64,000 nt of DNA from Patescibacteria group bacterium (GCA_018818965.1 JAHJQX010000014.1:6178-70177), one strand, 5' to 3'. Positions 8,894 to 19,595 are shown, counted from the first letter of the stretch. Numbers and translations are program-made. The notes: generated by a model from the sequence alone, not told the origin.

Positions 8894-11323
8894 TTATATT
8901 ATTGCCAACGATGCTACTTCATCCTCATTTTGCAATTTCATTACTCGTACACCTTGCGTCGCCCGCCCCTGTTGAGAAATTTGCTTTAAAGTAATCCTGA
9001 TCACTTGTCCTCTTCGTGAAATAATAATAATCTCTTTTTCGTTTTCGTCAACTATTTCTCCTAGGATTACATCTCCATTTCGGGCAGATACTTTAGCGGT
9101 CGTGATCCCAGTGCCACCTCGTCTTTGTAGCCGGTATTTATCAAGAGCCGTTCTTTTTCCGTAGCCTTTTTTAGTAACAATCAGCAGTTCATTGCCTTTA
9201 GCAGCCTTAGTGATTACATCCATTCCAACTGCCAGGTCGTCTGTCTTTTTAAACCTAATACCAGTAACTCCAGCCGCTGCCCTACCCATTGGCCTGATGT
9301 CTTTTTCCGAAAAACGGATAGCCAAGCCTTGAGCAGTAACAATAATAACCTCATCCTGTCCCGAAGTTGGCTTAACCCACTTAAGTTCATCCTCCTTTTT
9401 CAAACGTAAAGCTATCAGGCCTGATTTTCTTACTTTAGCAAAATCTTCAATGTGAGATTTTTTAACTACTCCACCTTTTGTTACCATCATGAGGAATTTA
9501 GCCTCTTTGAATTTATCAGAAGAGACCAGGGCAGTCACTTTTTCATCTGCCGCCAGCTGCAGGAAGTTAGCAATCGATTGACCCTTGGTAGTACGAGTAG
9601 TCTTAGGGATTTCGTAGGCTTTTAACTGAAATACTCTTCCTTGGTTGGTAAAAAATAACAGATCACTGAGGGTATTCGTAACAAAGAAATGTTTCACAAT
9701 ATCTTCTTCTTTGGTCACCATGCCAATAACACCTTTACCGCCCCGTGACTGGGTCTTGTAGGTGGTTTCGGGTAAACTTTTGATATAACCACCTTCAGTA
9801 AGGGTAATAATAACCTTTTCTTTGGGCACCAAATCTTCTGGGGCAAAATTATCTACGGCTGAGGCCATAACCCGAGTTTTTCTTTCGTCAGCAAATTTTT
9901 CTTTAATCGCCTGCAGTTCATTTTTAATAACAGTTAGAATTTTCTGTGAACTTTTTAGTAGAGTTTCTAATTCTTTAATCAATGCCTTTTTCTCTTTTAG
10001 TTCATCTTCAATCTTTTTTCTTTCTAAAGCAGCCAATTGAGATAGTTTCATTTCTAGAATGGCGCTAGTTTGTTCCGGAGAAAATTTAAACTTTTTAATT
10101 AAATTCTTATAAGCTTCTTCTTTATTTTTTGAAGCTCTAATGGTCTTAATAATTTCGTTAATATGGTCAAGCGCTTTTTTCAACCCCTCTAAAATATGTG
10201 CTCTTTCTTTGGCTCGAGTCAAATCAAATTGTGTTCGACGTTTAATGACTTCTTGGCGATGTTTAATGTAGTGCTCTAAGGCAGCTTTCAGGGTTAATAC
10301 TTTGGGTTGGATACCATCAACCAAAGCCAGCATGTTAACGTGAAACTTGTCTTGTAGCTGAGTCAGTTTGAAGAGACGGTTGAGAATCTTTTTTGGAAAA
10401 GCTTCTTTTTTAAGATCAATAACGATACGGACACCGTCTCTGTCTGACTCATCGCGAAGATCTCTAATACCGTCAACTTTTTTGTTTTTAACTAAATCAG
10501 CTATTTTTTCGATTAGAGTAGCTTTGTTTACTTGAAACGGGATTTCATTTACTATAATTTGGAATTGTCCCTTCTTGTTTTCGGTAATATTTGTCTTAGC
10601 CCGCATCACGATACCACCTTTACCGGTAGCGTAAACTTGAGTAATTTCTTTCTGGTTGAATATAATGCCGCCGGTGGGAAAATCTGGTCCCTTAACGTGC
10701 TGCATCAGGTCTTCAACGGTGCTCTCGGGATGGTCAATCAGTTCGCTAATGCCATTGATAATCTCACCAAGGTTATGAGGAGGAATATTGGTAGCCATCC
10801 CTACAGCAATACCAACGGTACCATTTAACAAAGTATTAGGGAGCTTGGCTGGTAATACTTGGGGCTCTTTTAGACTGCGGTCATAATTATCAATAAAATT
10901 GACTGTTTCTTTTTCAATATCAAATAACATCTCCTCCGCGATTTTGGTGAGACGAGCTTCAGTGTATCGTTGGGCGGCGGCGCTATCGCCATCCATCGAG
11001 CCAAAATTGCCTTGGCCATCGACCAACGGATAACGCATAGAAAAATCTTGCGCCATTCGGACCATGGATTCATAAACTGCTATATCTCCATGGGGATGAT
11101 ATTTACCTAGCACTTCACCAACTACTGTCGCTGATTTGCGGTACCTTGAGCCGCCTTTCAGCCCAATATCCCACATAGCATAAAGTATACGACGGTGAAC
11201 TGGCTTAAGTCCGTCTCTGACATCGGGGAGGGCACGTTGGACGATAACACTCATCGCATAATCGAGATATGACTCTTGCATCTCCTCCACAATTTTTCTT
11301 GGCTTGATGTATCCTATTTCCAT
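8894..11323 (-). CDS. gyrA: DNA gyrase subunit A
   Basis: '[16 protein letters not shown]', 'YHPHGD', 'AAQRYTE', GyrA-box 'QSRGGKG', C-terminal pinwheel repeats. Confidence 0.98.
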   Translation of the reverse strand: MEIGYIKPRKIVEEMQESYLDYAMSVIVQRALPDVRDGLKPVHRRILYAMWDIGLKGGSRYRKSATVVGEVLGKYHPHGDIAVYESMVRMAQDFSMRYPLVDGQGNFGSMDGDSAAAQRYTEARLTKIAEEMLFDIEKETVNFIDNYDRSLKEPQVLPAKLPNTLLNGTVGIAVGMATNIPPHNLGEIINGISELIDHPESTVEDLMQHVKGPDFPTGGIIFNQKEITQVYATGKGGIVMRAKTNITENKKGQFQIIVNEIPFQVNKATLIEKIADLVKNKKVDGIRDLRDESDRDGVRIVIDLKKEAFPKKILNRLFKLTQLQDKFHVNMLALVDGIQPKVLTLKAALEHYIKHRQEVIKRRTQFDLTRAKERAHILEGLKKALDHINEIIKTIRASKNKEEAYKNLIKKFKFSPEQTSAILEMKLSQLAALERKKIEDELKEKKALIKELETLLKSSQKILTVIKNELQAIKEKFADERKTRVMASAVDNFAPEDLVPKEKVIITLTEGGYIKSLPETTYKTQSRGGKGVIGMVTKEEDIVKHFFVTNTLSDLLFFTNQGRVFQLKAYEIPKTTRTTKGQSIANFLQLAADEKVTALVSSDKFKEAKFLMMVTKGGVVKKSHIEDFAKVRKSGLIALRLKKEDELKWVKPTSGQDEVIIVTAQGLAIRFSEKDIRPMGRAAAGVTGIRFKKTDDLAVGMDVITKAAKGNELLIVTKKGYGKRTALDKYRLQRRGGTGITTAKVSARNGDVILGEIVDENEKEIIIISRRGQVIRITLKQISQQGRATQGVRVMKLQNEDEVASLAII

Positions 11324-11345
11324 GTTGATCGTTTGATCTCTAATT

Positions 11346-11711
11346 TTAGTCTTCTAAAGGTAAGCGATTTATTGGCACTGTATCACCTTCTTTTTTTTCT
11401 GACGTCTGCTCTCGTAATTTTTGGTCAGTTTCAACTATTTCTTCTAGCTGGGGGATTTCACCGTCAATAGTTTTAATTTTATCAACGCCACCTTGCATTT
11501 GATTATATTCCTCTCCCGACAAGCTTTCTTGAATTTGGCCCTTCAAACTGCTAAACTGCGATTCCCCCGCATTTTCTCTTGCCAAATAATCCTTAGGTAT
11601 TACTATCAGCCAAACCAAAAGCATTAAGGCCGAGGTTATTCCAGCTACTAACCAGAGGAATTTTTTTCTCTCCGGCACTGACTTATTTTTTAGATCCTGA
11701 AAGTATTTCAT
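11346..11711 (-). CDS. Hypothetical single-TM protein
   Basis: 121-aa ORF overlapping upstream stop; one TM helix. Confidence 0.65.
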   Translation of the reverse strand: MKYFQDLKNKSVPERKKFLWLVAGITSALMLLVWLIVIPKDYLARENAGESQFSSLKGQIQESLSGEEYNQMQGGVDKIKTIDGEIPQLEEIVETDQKLREQTSEKKEGDTVPINRLPLED

Positions 11712-12349
11712 TAGCGTGAATAGTCAAGTACTTGGATGGTGGTTTCCTCAGTTGGTAAGTTCCCCTTTTTTATAACTAATTTTGGTATAACTTTTTCTTT
11801 TTTAGCTCCCATCTCAGAGAGAAATTTTTCCACGGCAGCCAGTTTATCTTTCACCTGTGGTATTTTATAATGCATCGGAATTATCAGGCGTGGTTCAATT
11901 TCGCCAATAATGTCAGTTATTTTATTAATTGAAAGATTATGTTCTCCCACTGGCGTCAACAAAATATCAACCCCGTTTATCCGTTCAACCTGTTTAGAGG
12001 TTAAGATATGCCCCAAATCTCCTAGGTGGCAAATTCTAATACCTTCGATATTAATGATATAAATTGTATTGGATCCTTTGTCTTGTCCTTCTTTGTTATC
12101 TTGATAGGAAGTAATTCCTTTAATCGCTACACCCATTCTTTCGTATTCTCCTGGGCCGTCAATTACAAAGGGATTTTCTTTGAGAGACTCAACGTTATTA
12201 TTCTCCTTATTACTATTACTAACCAAAACAATGTCAGCTCGAGTACGCAGGGGAGCTAGGCCACTTTCTCTTCCGTAAGGATTAGTAACAATAGTTGTAT
12301 CTTTGGCTTGGAACTTAAAACATGATTGCCCGCACCACTGAATATACAT
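11711..12349 (-). CDS. Metallo-beta-lactamase-fold protein (Lactamase_B_3), N-terminal His motif degenerate
   Basis: 'WCGQSCF', 'GPGEYE', 'ICHLGDLGH', 'IIPMHY'. Confidence 0.85.
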   Translation of the reverse strand: MYIQWCGQSCFKFQAKDTTIVTNPYGRESGLAPLRTRADIVLVSNSNKENNNVESLKENPFVIDGPGEYERMGVAIKGITSYQDNKEGQDKGSNTIYIINIEGIRICHLGDLGHILTSKQVERINGVDILLTPVGEHNLSINKITDIIGEIEPRLIIPMHYKIPQVKDKLAAVEKFLSEMGAKKEKVIPKLVIKKGNLPTEETTIQVLDYSR

Positions 12350-12502
12350 ATTTTTGGTTTCTCTTAAAGCTAAAAAACAAACACTTGGGAGTGCTATTAT
12401 TGCTTAATGTAGCATATAAATAAGGGAGAAACAATAGTAATGTTTGCCAGTTCAGCTCTTTTTTTTCTGGTTGTTTCTGCTATGATGAAGAGGTATTTAA
12501 TT

Positions 12503-13600
12503 ATGAATATGAATCGTAATTTAGTCCAAAAAGTCATTGTCGCAAAAATAGGAACTAACGTTATCACGCGGGAGAACGGTCTATTAGACGAGAAGATAAT
12601 TGGTAGTTTGGTTAATCAGGTAGTCAAATTGAAAAAGCAGGGTTTAGCAGTTGTTATAGTTTCTTCCGGTTCAGTGGCGGCAGGACAGTCAATAGTGAAA
12701 GTGGCTAGTGGAGCTGATAGTGTCACTCGCCGGCAGGTGCTGGCAGCTTCCGGCCAGGTAGAATTGGTTAATACCTACACTAAGTATTTTGCCAAACATC
12801 ATCTTAAGTGTGCCCAGATATTAGTTACCAAGGAAGACTTTCGCGATCGTCGTCATTATTTGAATATTAAAAATTGTTTAGAGGCTTTATTACGACACGA
12901 TATTACACCCATCGTTAATGAGAATGATGCGGTAGCGATAAATGAATTGATGTTTACAGATAACGATGAACTAGCAGTTTTAGTGACAGCAATGGTAGAT
13001 TCTGATCGACTGGTTATTTTAACTAATGTTGATGGAGTATATAAGGGTTGTCCGGTGGGTGATAAGGGAGAGGTAATCAAGGAGATAAAGCCAGATGAGG
13101 AAAATTTACCCTTGTGTAGTAAACCCAGTCATAAATCGAAAATGGGTCGGGGGGGAATTCTCACCAAAGTTGCCATGGCCCAGCGAGCGGCTGGTTTGGG
13201 GATCACTGCCTATGTTGCCAATGGTCGGAAAAGAAATATTTTGCTTGACGTATTAGCAAATAAAGCGATTTGCACTACCTTTTTACCAAAGAGGAAAACC
13301 TCTAGTGTTAAGAAATGGATGGCGCATACTAAAGGTCAGGAGAAGGGTGTTGTTTATATTAACCAGGGGGCAGAGGAAGCGCTCACCTCGAAAAAGAAAA
13401 TTGCTAGTCTATTGCCGGTAGGAGTTACTAGAATCGAGGGAAATTTTGTTAAGGGAGACATTATTAGAATTAAGGGCGAAAAAAATAATGACATTGGGGT
13501 GGGAGCGGCACGATATGATTCGCAAGAGGCTAGACAGTTAATAGGTCGTAAAGGAGCCAAGTCGCTTGTTAGATACGACTATTTATTTTTAGAACCATGA
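12503..13600 (+). CDS. proB: Glutamate 5-kinase with PUA domain (start re-assigned to 12503)
   Basis: 'KIGTNVI', 'VSSGSVAAG', 'PIVNENDAV', 'FTDNDELA', 'SLLPVGV'. Confidence 0.96.
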   Translation: MNMNRNLVQKVIVAKIGTNVITRENGLLDEKIIGSLVNQVVKLKKQGLAVVIVSSGSVAAGQSIVKVASGADSVTRRQVLAASGQVELVNTYTKYFAKHHLKCAQILVTKEDFRDRRHYLNIKNCLEALLRHDITPIVNENDAVAINELMFTDNDELAVLVTAMVDSDRLVILTNVDGVYKGCPVGDKGEVIKEIKPDEENLPLCSKPSHKSKMGRGGILTKVAMAQRAAGLGITAYVANGRKRNILLDVLANKAICTTFLPKRKTSSVKKWMAHTKGQEKGVVYINQGAEEALTSKKKIASLLPVGVTRIEGNFVKGDIIRIKGEKNNDIGVGAARYDSQEARQLIGRKGAKSLVRYDYLFLEP

Positions 13601-14379
13601 AGCAAAAAATAGGGATAATTGGTTTAGGAAATATGGGGAGCGCTTTTTATCAGAGGCTGGAGACGATATTGCCAGCTGAGCAGCTGTTTGGGTATGATAA
13701 GAGTGGAGGCAGTAAATTAGAGATGAAAAATAAAGTAGAAAGTGTCCAGGAGTTAATTGATAAAGTTGAGGTGGTGATCCTGGCCGTCAAACCGCAATCT
13801 CTAAGTGATTTGGCAGTTGAGCTAGAAGGTAGCTGCCAGAATAGACTTGTAATTTCAATGTTGGCTGGTGTGTCGGTTGCTAAATTACAGGATGCTTTGA
13901 TCGCTGAACGAGTAATTCGCTGCATGCCTAACTTGCCGATCAAAGTTGGTAAAGGAGTGACGGGCTGGATAGCTTCGGTAGAAGCTACCAACGAAGACAA
14001 AAAGCTAGCGCAGAAAATATTTTCCTCTTTTGGTTATCAGGTAAAAGTGTCAAACGAAAACATGCTGGATGTTGTTACTGCCCTAAGTGGTTCCGGGCCG
14101 GCTTATTATTTTTATTTATGTCAGATTCTAACTGCGTGGGCACGAGAAATGGGTTTCAATGAGGAAGAAGCGCGGGCAATCGCGGAAAATACTTTTCGGG
14201 GAGCGGCCAAGTTGATGGAGCCGGGAGATATGAGTTCAGAGGATTGGGTACAAGCCGTGGCTTCAAAGGGAGGGACGACTGAGGCAGCTTTGAAGAGTTT
14301 CGCGCAGGATAAATTAGATGAAATTGTGACGCGAGGTCTGGAGGAGGCGAAAAAGAAATCAAAAGAATTGAGTGGGTAA
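13597..14379 (+). CDS. proC: Pyrroline-5-carboxylate reductase
   Basis: 'GIIGLGNMG', 'LAVKPQ', 'RCMPN', 'TALSGSGPAY', 'VASKGGTT'. Confidence 0.96.
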   Translation: MKQKIGIIGLGNMGSAFYQRLETILPAEQLFGYDKSGGSKLEMKNKVESVQELIDKVEVVILAVKPQSLSDLAVELEGSCQNRLVISMLAGVSVAKLQDALIAERVIRCMPNLPIKVGKGVTGWIASVEATNEDKKLAQKIFSSFGYQVKVSNENMLDVVTALSGSGPAYYFYLCQILTAWAREMGFNEEEARAIAENTFRGAAKLMEPGDMSSEDWVQAVASKGGTTEAALKSFAQDKLDEIVTRGLEEAKKKSKELSG

Positions 14380-14449
14380 GTTATAGTTGATTGCCCTGAT
14401 GTGTTTTTGAGGCACAGCGGAGTAGTCAACCAACAATATTGAATTATCT

Positions 14450-15700
14450 ATGTCATCTACTACCGAAAAATTCATCACTACCAAAAAGGCCAGCCAAGCT
14501 CTGGTTGATCTTTCAGAACAAGAAATAAACAAAGTCCTTGGAGGCTTTGCTGAGCTTTTGTTAGCCAAGAAGAGCAATATCTTAGCTGCTAACAAGAAAG
14601 ATCTAGCTCAGATGGAAAAAGATGATTCTCGTTATGATCGGTTGCAATTAACAGACGAGAGAATAGAAGGAATTGCCAGCGATGTTAGGAATGTGGCCAG
14701 CTTGCCCTACCCGGTTGGGAAGATATTAGAAGAAAAAAAGCTACCAAACGGATTAGAACTTTCTAAAGTGAGCGTGCCGCTAGGGGTGATCGGCATGATT
14801 TACGAAGCGCGTCCCAATGTTACCTGCGATGTTTTTTCGCTTTGTTTTAAGTCTGGCAATGCTTGTGTGCTCAAGGGTGGCAAGGAAGCTCAGCATTCTA
14901 ATGAAATCTTTGTCGAAATTATCAAAGAAGTACTGCGACAGCATTCCATCGATGAGAACATTATTTGTCTTCTCTCTAACGATCGGCAAGAAACGGTGGC
15001 TATGCTTGAAGCTCACGGCCAGGTAGATGTTATTATTCCCCGTGGTGGTCAGAATTTGATAAATTTTGTCCGCGAGAGCTCAAAAATTCCCGTGATTGAA
15101 ACAGGAGCGGGGATTGTGCATACCTATTTCGATGTGAGCGGTGATTTAGCCAAAGGTCAGCGAATAATCCACAATGCCAAAACACGGCGGCCAAGTGTCT
15201 GCAATGCTCTCGACACACTGATAGTGCATCGGAACCGGCTAGGTGATTTACCACAACTAGTTAAGCAGCTGGCGGAGAAAAAAGTGGAAATCTTTGCTGA
15301 TGAGGAAGCTTATGAAGCACTAAGTAGCCAATATAATAATGACTTATTAAAAAAAGCAGATGCCAAGAGCTTCGGCACCGAGTTTTTGGCGTTTAAAATG
15401 TCGATTAAGACAGTAGTCAATGCCAAAGAGGCAGTTGAGCATATTGGCAAGTATAGTTCTCAGCATAGTGAGGCGATTATTGCTGAGAACAAAGCGGCAA
15501 TTGACTATTTTATTCAGCATGTGGACGCGGCGGCTGTCTACGCTAATACTTCCACTGCTTTTACTGACGGGGCACAATTTGGGCTGGGAGCCGAGATTGG
15601 TATTAGTACACAGAAGCTACACACGCGTGGCCCGATGGGGCTGAAAGAGCTGACTAGTTATAAGTGGGTGATAAGAGGGGAGGGGCAGGTGCGGGGGTAA
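14450..15700 (+). CDS. proA: Gamma-glutamyl phosphate reductase
   Basis: '[17 protein letters not shown]', 'PRGG', 'CNALDT', '[21 protein letters not shown]'. Confidence 0.97.
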   Translation: MSSTTEKFITTKKASQALVDLSEQEINKVLGGFAELLLAKKSNILAANKKDLAQMEKDDSRYDRLQLTDERIEGIASDVRNVASLPYPVGKILEEKKLPNGLELSKVSVPLGVIGMIYEARPNVTCDVFSLCFKSGNACVLKGGKEAQHSNEIFVEIIKEVLRQHSIDENIICLLSNDRQETVAMLEAHGQVDVIIPRGGQNLINFVRESSKIPVIETGAGIVHTYFDVSGDLAKGQRIIHNAKTRRPSVCNALDTLIVHRNRLGDLPQLVKQLAEKKVEIFADEEAYEALSSQYNNDLLKKADAKSFGTEFLAFKMSIKTVVNAKEAVEHIGKYSSQHSEAIIAENKAAIDYFIQHVDAAAVYANTSTAFTDGAQFGLGAEIGISTQKLHTRGPMGLKELTSYKWVIRGEGQVRG

Positions 15701-15821
15701 ATATTATTAATGCTTTTTAGTCAAAACAGGCGATTATTTGCCTGTTTTTGTATATTATTGCCTTTATTTAAGCCAAATAATTATTTTATTGAAGGAAATT
15801 AGGCAAATTTATCAAAAAATA

Positions 15822-15850
15822 TTGACAAGATTTGACAAGTATGATAAGAT
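15822..15850 (+). promoter_or_regulatory. Sigma70-type promoter of the helicase cassette
   Basis: TTGACA-17 nt-TAAGAT, downstream of the proA terminator (about 15722-15750). Confidence 0.7.
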
Positions 15851-15944
15851 GTGGCGTCACAACGAAAATAGTTATTGATCACACGTCAAAATTTGAAAAT
15901 TCTATAGCTCGAACTTCTAAGGTCTTAGAGGGATATTAGGAGAA

Positions 15945-16029
15945 CGACTGGGAGAGAGTCAACTAGCAGCAATGCTAGGAGTATAAATTATACTATCAAG
16001 CTCTCTTGTGGTCGCGAGAGAGTTTTTTT
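15945..16029 (+). promoter_or_regulatory. Candidate attenuator (mutually exclusive antiterminator/terminator)
   Basis: 15945-15958 can pair with 16001-16014; alternatively 16001-16022 forms a hairpin followed by T7. Confidence 0.55.
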
Positions 16030-16354
16030 GTCTTCTCTGGAAAGGGGCGTTAGCGCTCTTCTCCAGGTAAGATAAAGCCCTGAACATTATAACTAAGCGG
16101 GTTCTTCCCTCATTGCGCTTTTTGCGGAGAGTGCAGCGGGAGAAGAATCCCGAGGCGAGGAGTGCCTCGAAAAAAACTTCGTAATACTCCGGGGAAGCAC
16201 CGGGGCGCGCTGAGGCAGCGCGTAAAATTGCCTAGCAAAATCACGAGCCAGTAAAGGCCCAGCCCTGCACGATGCGGGGTGGTTGGGAGCGACACTGACT
16301 GGCTGAGAATCTAGAGCCCCACGTGAATACGGGGCAATCAAGAGGAGCGAGAGA

Positions 16355-16816
16355 ATGTTTTCCGCGCTGATCAACGAGTTGAACGGTATCTGGGGTGGTG
16401 GTCTCGAGGCAGTGCTGGGGTTCGTCGGGCTGCTGTTGGCGGCGCCGGCGCTGTGGTGGTGGCTGCTGCCGCGCTATACGGCGGTGTGCTGCCACGACGG
16501 GAACCGGTGGTTGTCGGACTGCCCGGGGACGTGGAGCAAGGCCCGGGGCGTTGCCGGCAACGACCTGGCCCTCTGGGTCAAGGCGTACGCCGCGCAGGTG
16601 ACGACTGGGAAGTTTCTCCAGCCGCACCAGGCCCGTATCCCCGAGAACCCCGTCCCACGGCGGCTGAAGGTGGTCCTGTTCGGCGAGCAGCGCGGCGTGT
16701 ACTATATCGTCGGGATCAAGATCCTCGACGAGAAAATACTCTCCGAGAAGTCCGACCGAAGCAACACCCCGGTCGTCAACTTTGAGGACGAGGACGAGTA
16801 CCTTCCGCTCCGCTAA
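16355..16816 (+). CDS. GC-rich hypothetical protein with N-terminal TM anchor
   Basis: SD AGGAG upstream, GC3-rich codons, hydrophobic segment ending 'LWWWLLPR'. Confidence 0.75.
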   Translation: MFSALINELNGIWGGGLEAVLGFVGLLLAAPALWWWLLPRYTAVCCHDGNRWLSDCPGTWSKARGVAGNDLALWVKAYAAQVTTGKFLQPHQARIPENPVPRRLKVVLFGEQRGVYYIVGIKILDEKILSEKSDRSNTPVVNFEDEDEYLPLR

Positions 16817-17261
16817 CGAACCGCCTGCTCCCCCCCAGAGACGTTCGCCAGGCTGACACCCTGGTCGCAGTCAACTGTCCCCGGCGCACGCAGCTGCGTT
16901 GGGTCTACCTCCCCGCTCACCTGTGAGGTGTGAGCGACTACGGGAGCCTACCAAATCCTCATTGTTCTTTTGACCCTTCACCCGGAAGCGCACTATCAGA
17001 GTACGCTTCCCCTTCCAGAGGATAGAAATAAGCTTCTATTCTCTGGAATAGTCATGAGTTACGATTCGTGACTACAAAAAATAGAAAAGTAATCCCTGGG
17101 CTGATCTAGGGATTATTGGTGTACCAACTTCACTCTCTGATTTGCTCTCTAGAAAGCGCAAACCAGCCGTGAACTTGGCACAAGCCAAGTCGAACATTTT
17201 AATCTGAGAATCGAAACCGACAAACAAAGCGCCTATTAAAAGACGCGAACAGGAGAAACTG

Positions 17262-19544
17262 GTGGCTAGCATTACGAGACAGGGTCCGCAGTACCACGGC
17301 CAGAGTGTGGAAGACCTCCGCACTTGGGCAGTCATCGAACGGCTGCCCTGGCTGGTGGAGGCCCTCGGCTTGACGGCCGGGGCGATCTGTGGATCCTTGG
17401 AGGAGGCGCTGCGGCGCCAGGTATACGGCTTGGGTAGCGCCGACGAGCTGCCCGCTCCCATTGACTGGGAGCGTAACGGTATCATCATCTCCCCGCCGGG
17501 GACGGGCAAGGGCATGGCCTGCTTCGTGGAGGCACTTCTGCACTACGAGCGGGTCTACGTGCTCGTGCCCTCGGTGATCCAGGCGCACAAGCTTGAGGAG
17601 AGCTTGGACGTCTTGTTTCATCGGGATCTGGGTGGCTGTGCAACGAGTCAGCGCAAGGCGCGGGGTCTGATCCGGGTCATCACGACCGGCATCTTCCACC
17701 AACTGGTGGCGGATGAGGACTCACAGCTGTGGGAGGACGGCACGGTTCTGATCGTGGACGAGGCGCAGCGGATTCTGGAGAACGATCCGGAGACGGAGCT
17801 GATGATCGGCACCTGCGCCTCGCAAGGGGTGCCGGTGATGATCGTCTCGGCGACGATTGCTCCGGGGACGTTGCCTGAAGTCTACGGTCACGGCGCGAGC
17901 GAGCCGGCTCAGGTCTACAGCCTGGTCAAGAACATGCACCCGGTGGAGATCGAGGTCACCACTGGCCGCGAGATCACCCAGGTGCTGTCCGAGACCGAGG
18001 AGCTGCTCGCTGACGGTAAGACGACGCTGGTCTTCTGCGCCTCGCGGCGCGAGGTGGCGAGCGTGGCTGATCTGCTGGCTCAACTGGGTGGAGCGACGGT
18101 GCGTGTTACTGGCGCTCATCAGGTGGAGGAGCAGATCGCCGAGATCGAGTCCGCTCAGGCGACCGGTCTGCCGGTGTTCGTGGTGGCCACGCCGGGCACC
18201 ATGGACAGCTCGGTGACGGTGCCGGGACTCTCCTGCGTCGTCATCCAGGACATGCGTTACAGTGTGGACTGGAATAAGTTTGGCGTGATCGAGCGTCGGC
18301 ACGAGACGCTGCCGGTCAACCACATTGTCCAGATGATCCGCCGGGTGGGTCGCATTGCCCGCACGGATGGTCAGCGGGACAAAGTGATCGTGGTTTCGAG
18401 CTGTCCCCGCCCGGAGCTGATGGTGGAAACGCCCCAGTTCCAGCCGATTTCCGGCTGCTCGCCGCACACTCAGATCGAGAACCTCCTGCTGCGCGCCGTG
18501 CAGTTTGACATCCCCTTCGCGGATGTCCACGACTACATGGTTAGCAACTTCGCAGAGGAGCGGATCGAGAAGACGGTGGCGGCGTTGCTGGAGCACGGCA
18601 TGATTGAGCGGGTGGACGACCCTTCCGATCCCGACGGCTTCGAGCTGACGGACAAGGGAGAGTTAGTCATCTCGCTGCCCTTCGAGTATCGCTGGTCGCG
18701 GTTGATCGTGGAGGCGCCGGAGGAGCTGCAGCTGTGGCTCACGCTGGCGGCCGCCTGCGGTCATGTCCGGGACCTGGAGATGCACGAGGAGCAGTCACTC
18801 GACGTGGCTGGTCACCAGCGCTCCGAAGTGCTGCGCAAGATCGCGCTCATGGTCGAGTACCTCGGCCTGGAGCACGACCGCGAGCAGCGCGACGAGGCCG
18901 ACGAGCGGGGACTGTCGTTCCGACGGATGGAGCAGGCAGAGACGCTGTTCGATCTGGCAATGGAGGCCTTGGAGCTGGACTGGGATGTAGACGAGCTGGC
19001 GGTGCCCGAGGGCGAGGAGATGGAGACGCTGCTCTTAGAGATCGTCACCGGCGGGCTGCGGACGGGTTTGTACAAGCTGTACTTCCCGCATCGTGGCGAC
19101 CGTGGTGGTTGGTCTGAGCCGCGGCCTACTCCTGACCTGGACGGCCAGTTTCGGCGTTTCTTCGTCGATGACAACGGCCTGGCTCTCTCGCGGTACGCCG
19201 AGGGCGGGGTTTGCGCCGTTGTCGCCTCGCCGACCTGGTTCACGTCCAAGAACGGCGGCCCCTGCGCCAACCTGGACGACGTGACCATCGTGCCGAGCGA
19301 TCTGCTGCCGCAGCTGGTAGCGGACTTGGCCAAGCGCGAAGGTTGGTTCCAGGTGACCTTCGAGGAGGGCGAGTTCCGGGGCCAGACCAGGCTCGAGGCC
19401 CGCGGCGCCGACGGGTGGACGATCTACCTGCCCAGCCGGATGGACAACGAGCCGGAGGTGGGTGTGGCCTACTGGTGCTCCCCCGATCGTCAGATCGGCC
19501 GGGGCATTCAGACGGTCTGGATCCACTTCCCGGTCAACGGCTAG
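17262..19544 (+). CDS. GC-rich divergent SF2 DEAH/RHA (HrpA/HrpB-like) helicase
   Basis: Motif I SPPGTGKG, II DEAQ, III SAT, IV LVFC, V ATPGTMDSSVTVPG, VI QMIRRVGR; winged-helix/HA2-like 'LTDKGELVISLPF..RWSRLI'; SD AGGAG plus GTG start. Confidence 0.85.
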   Translation: MASITRQGPQYHGQSVEDLRTWAVIERLPWLVEALGLTAGAICGSLEEALRRQVYGLGSADELPAPIDWERNGIIISPPGTGKGMACFVEALLHYERVYVLVPSVIQAHKLEESLDVLFHRDLGGCATSQRKARGLIRVITTGIFHQLVADEDSQLWEDGTVLIVDEAQRILENDPETELMIGTCASQGVPVMIVSATIAPGTLPEVYGHGASEPAQVYSLVKNMHPVEIEVTTGREITQVLSETEELLADGKTTLVFCASRREVASVADLLAQLGGATVRVTGAHQVEEQIAEIESAQATGLPVFVVATPGTMDSSVTVPGLSCVVIQDMRYSVDWNKFGVIERRHETLPVNHIVQMIRRVGRIARTDGQRDKVIVVSSCPRPELMVETPQFQPISGCSPHTQIENLLLRAVQFDIPFADVHDYMVSNFAEERIEKTVAALLEHGMIERVDDPSDPDGFELTDKGELVISLPFEYRWSRLIVEAPEELQLWLTLAAACGHVRDLEMHEEQSLDVAGHQRSEVLRKIALMVEYLGLEHDREQRDEADERGLSFRRMEQAETLFDLAMEALELDWDVDELAVPEGEEMETLLLEIVTGGLRTGLYKLYFPHRGDRGGWSEPRPTPDLDGQFRRFFVDDNGLALSRYAEGGVCAVVASPTWFTSKNGGPCANLDDVTIVPSDLLPQLVADLAKREGWFQVTFEEGEFRGQTRLEARGADGWTIYLPSRMDNEPEVGVAYWCSPDRQIGRGIQTVWIHFPVNG

Positions 19545-19561
19545 CTCTTTGTTTCTACTCT

Positions 19562-19595
19562 CGGGGAGAGAGTCAACGCTCTTTCCCCGTTTTTT
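19562..19595 (+). terminator. Intrinsic terminator of helicase gene
   Basis: CGGGGAGAGAG-TCAACG-CTCTTTCCCCG followed by T6. Confidence 0.8.

Noticed and set aside
12370-12400. CIRCE element (GAGTGCTA half-site)
   Set aside because: Left half TTAGCACTC at 9-nt spacing is missing and neighbours are not chaperone genes
16090-16340. RNase P RNA or tmRNA (minus strand has AGAACCCGCTTA, like the RNase P 3' end)
   Set aside because: No GAGGAAAGTCC 5' element, G-U pairing favours the + strand, and no tRNA-like tmRNA ends
16817-17190. CRISPR array or integron attC array
   Set aside because: Hairpins do not share sequence, spacing is irregular, no consistent RYYYAAC/GTTRRRY cores, and no cas or intI gene
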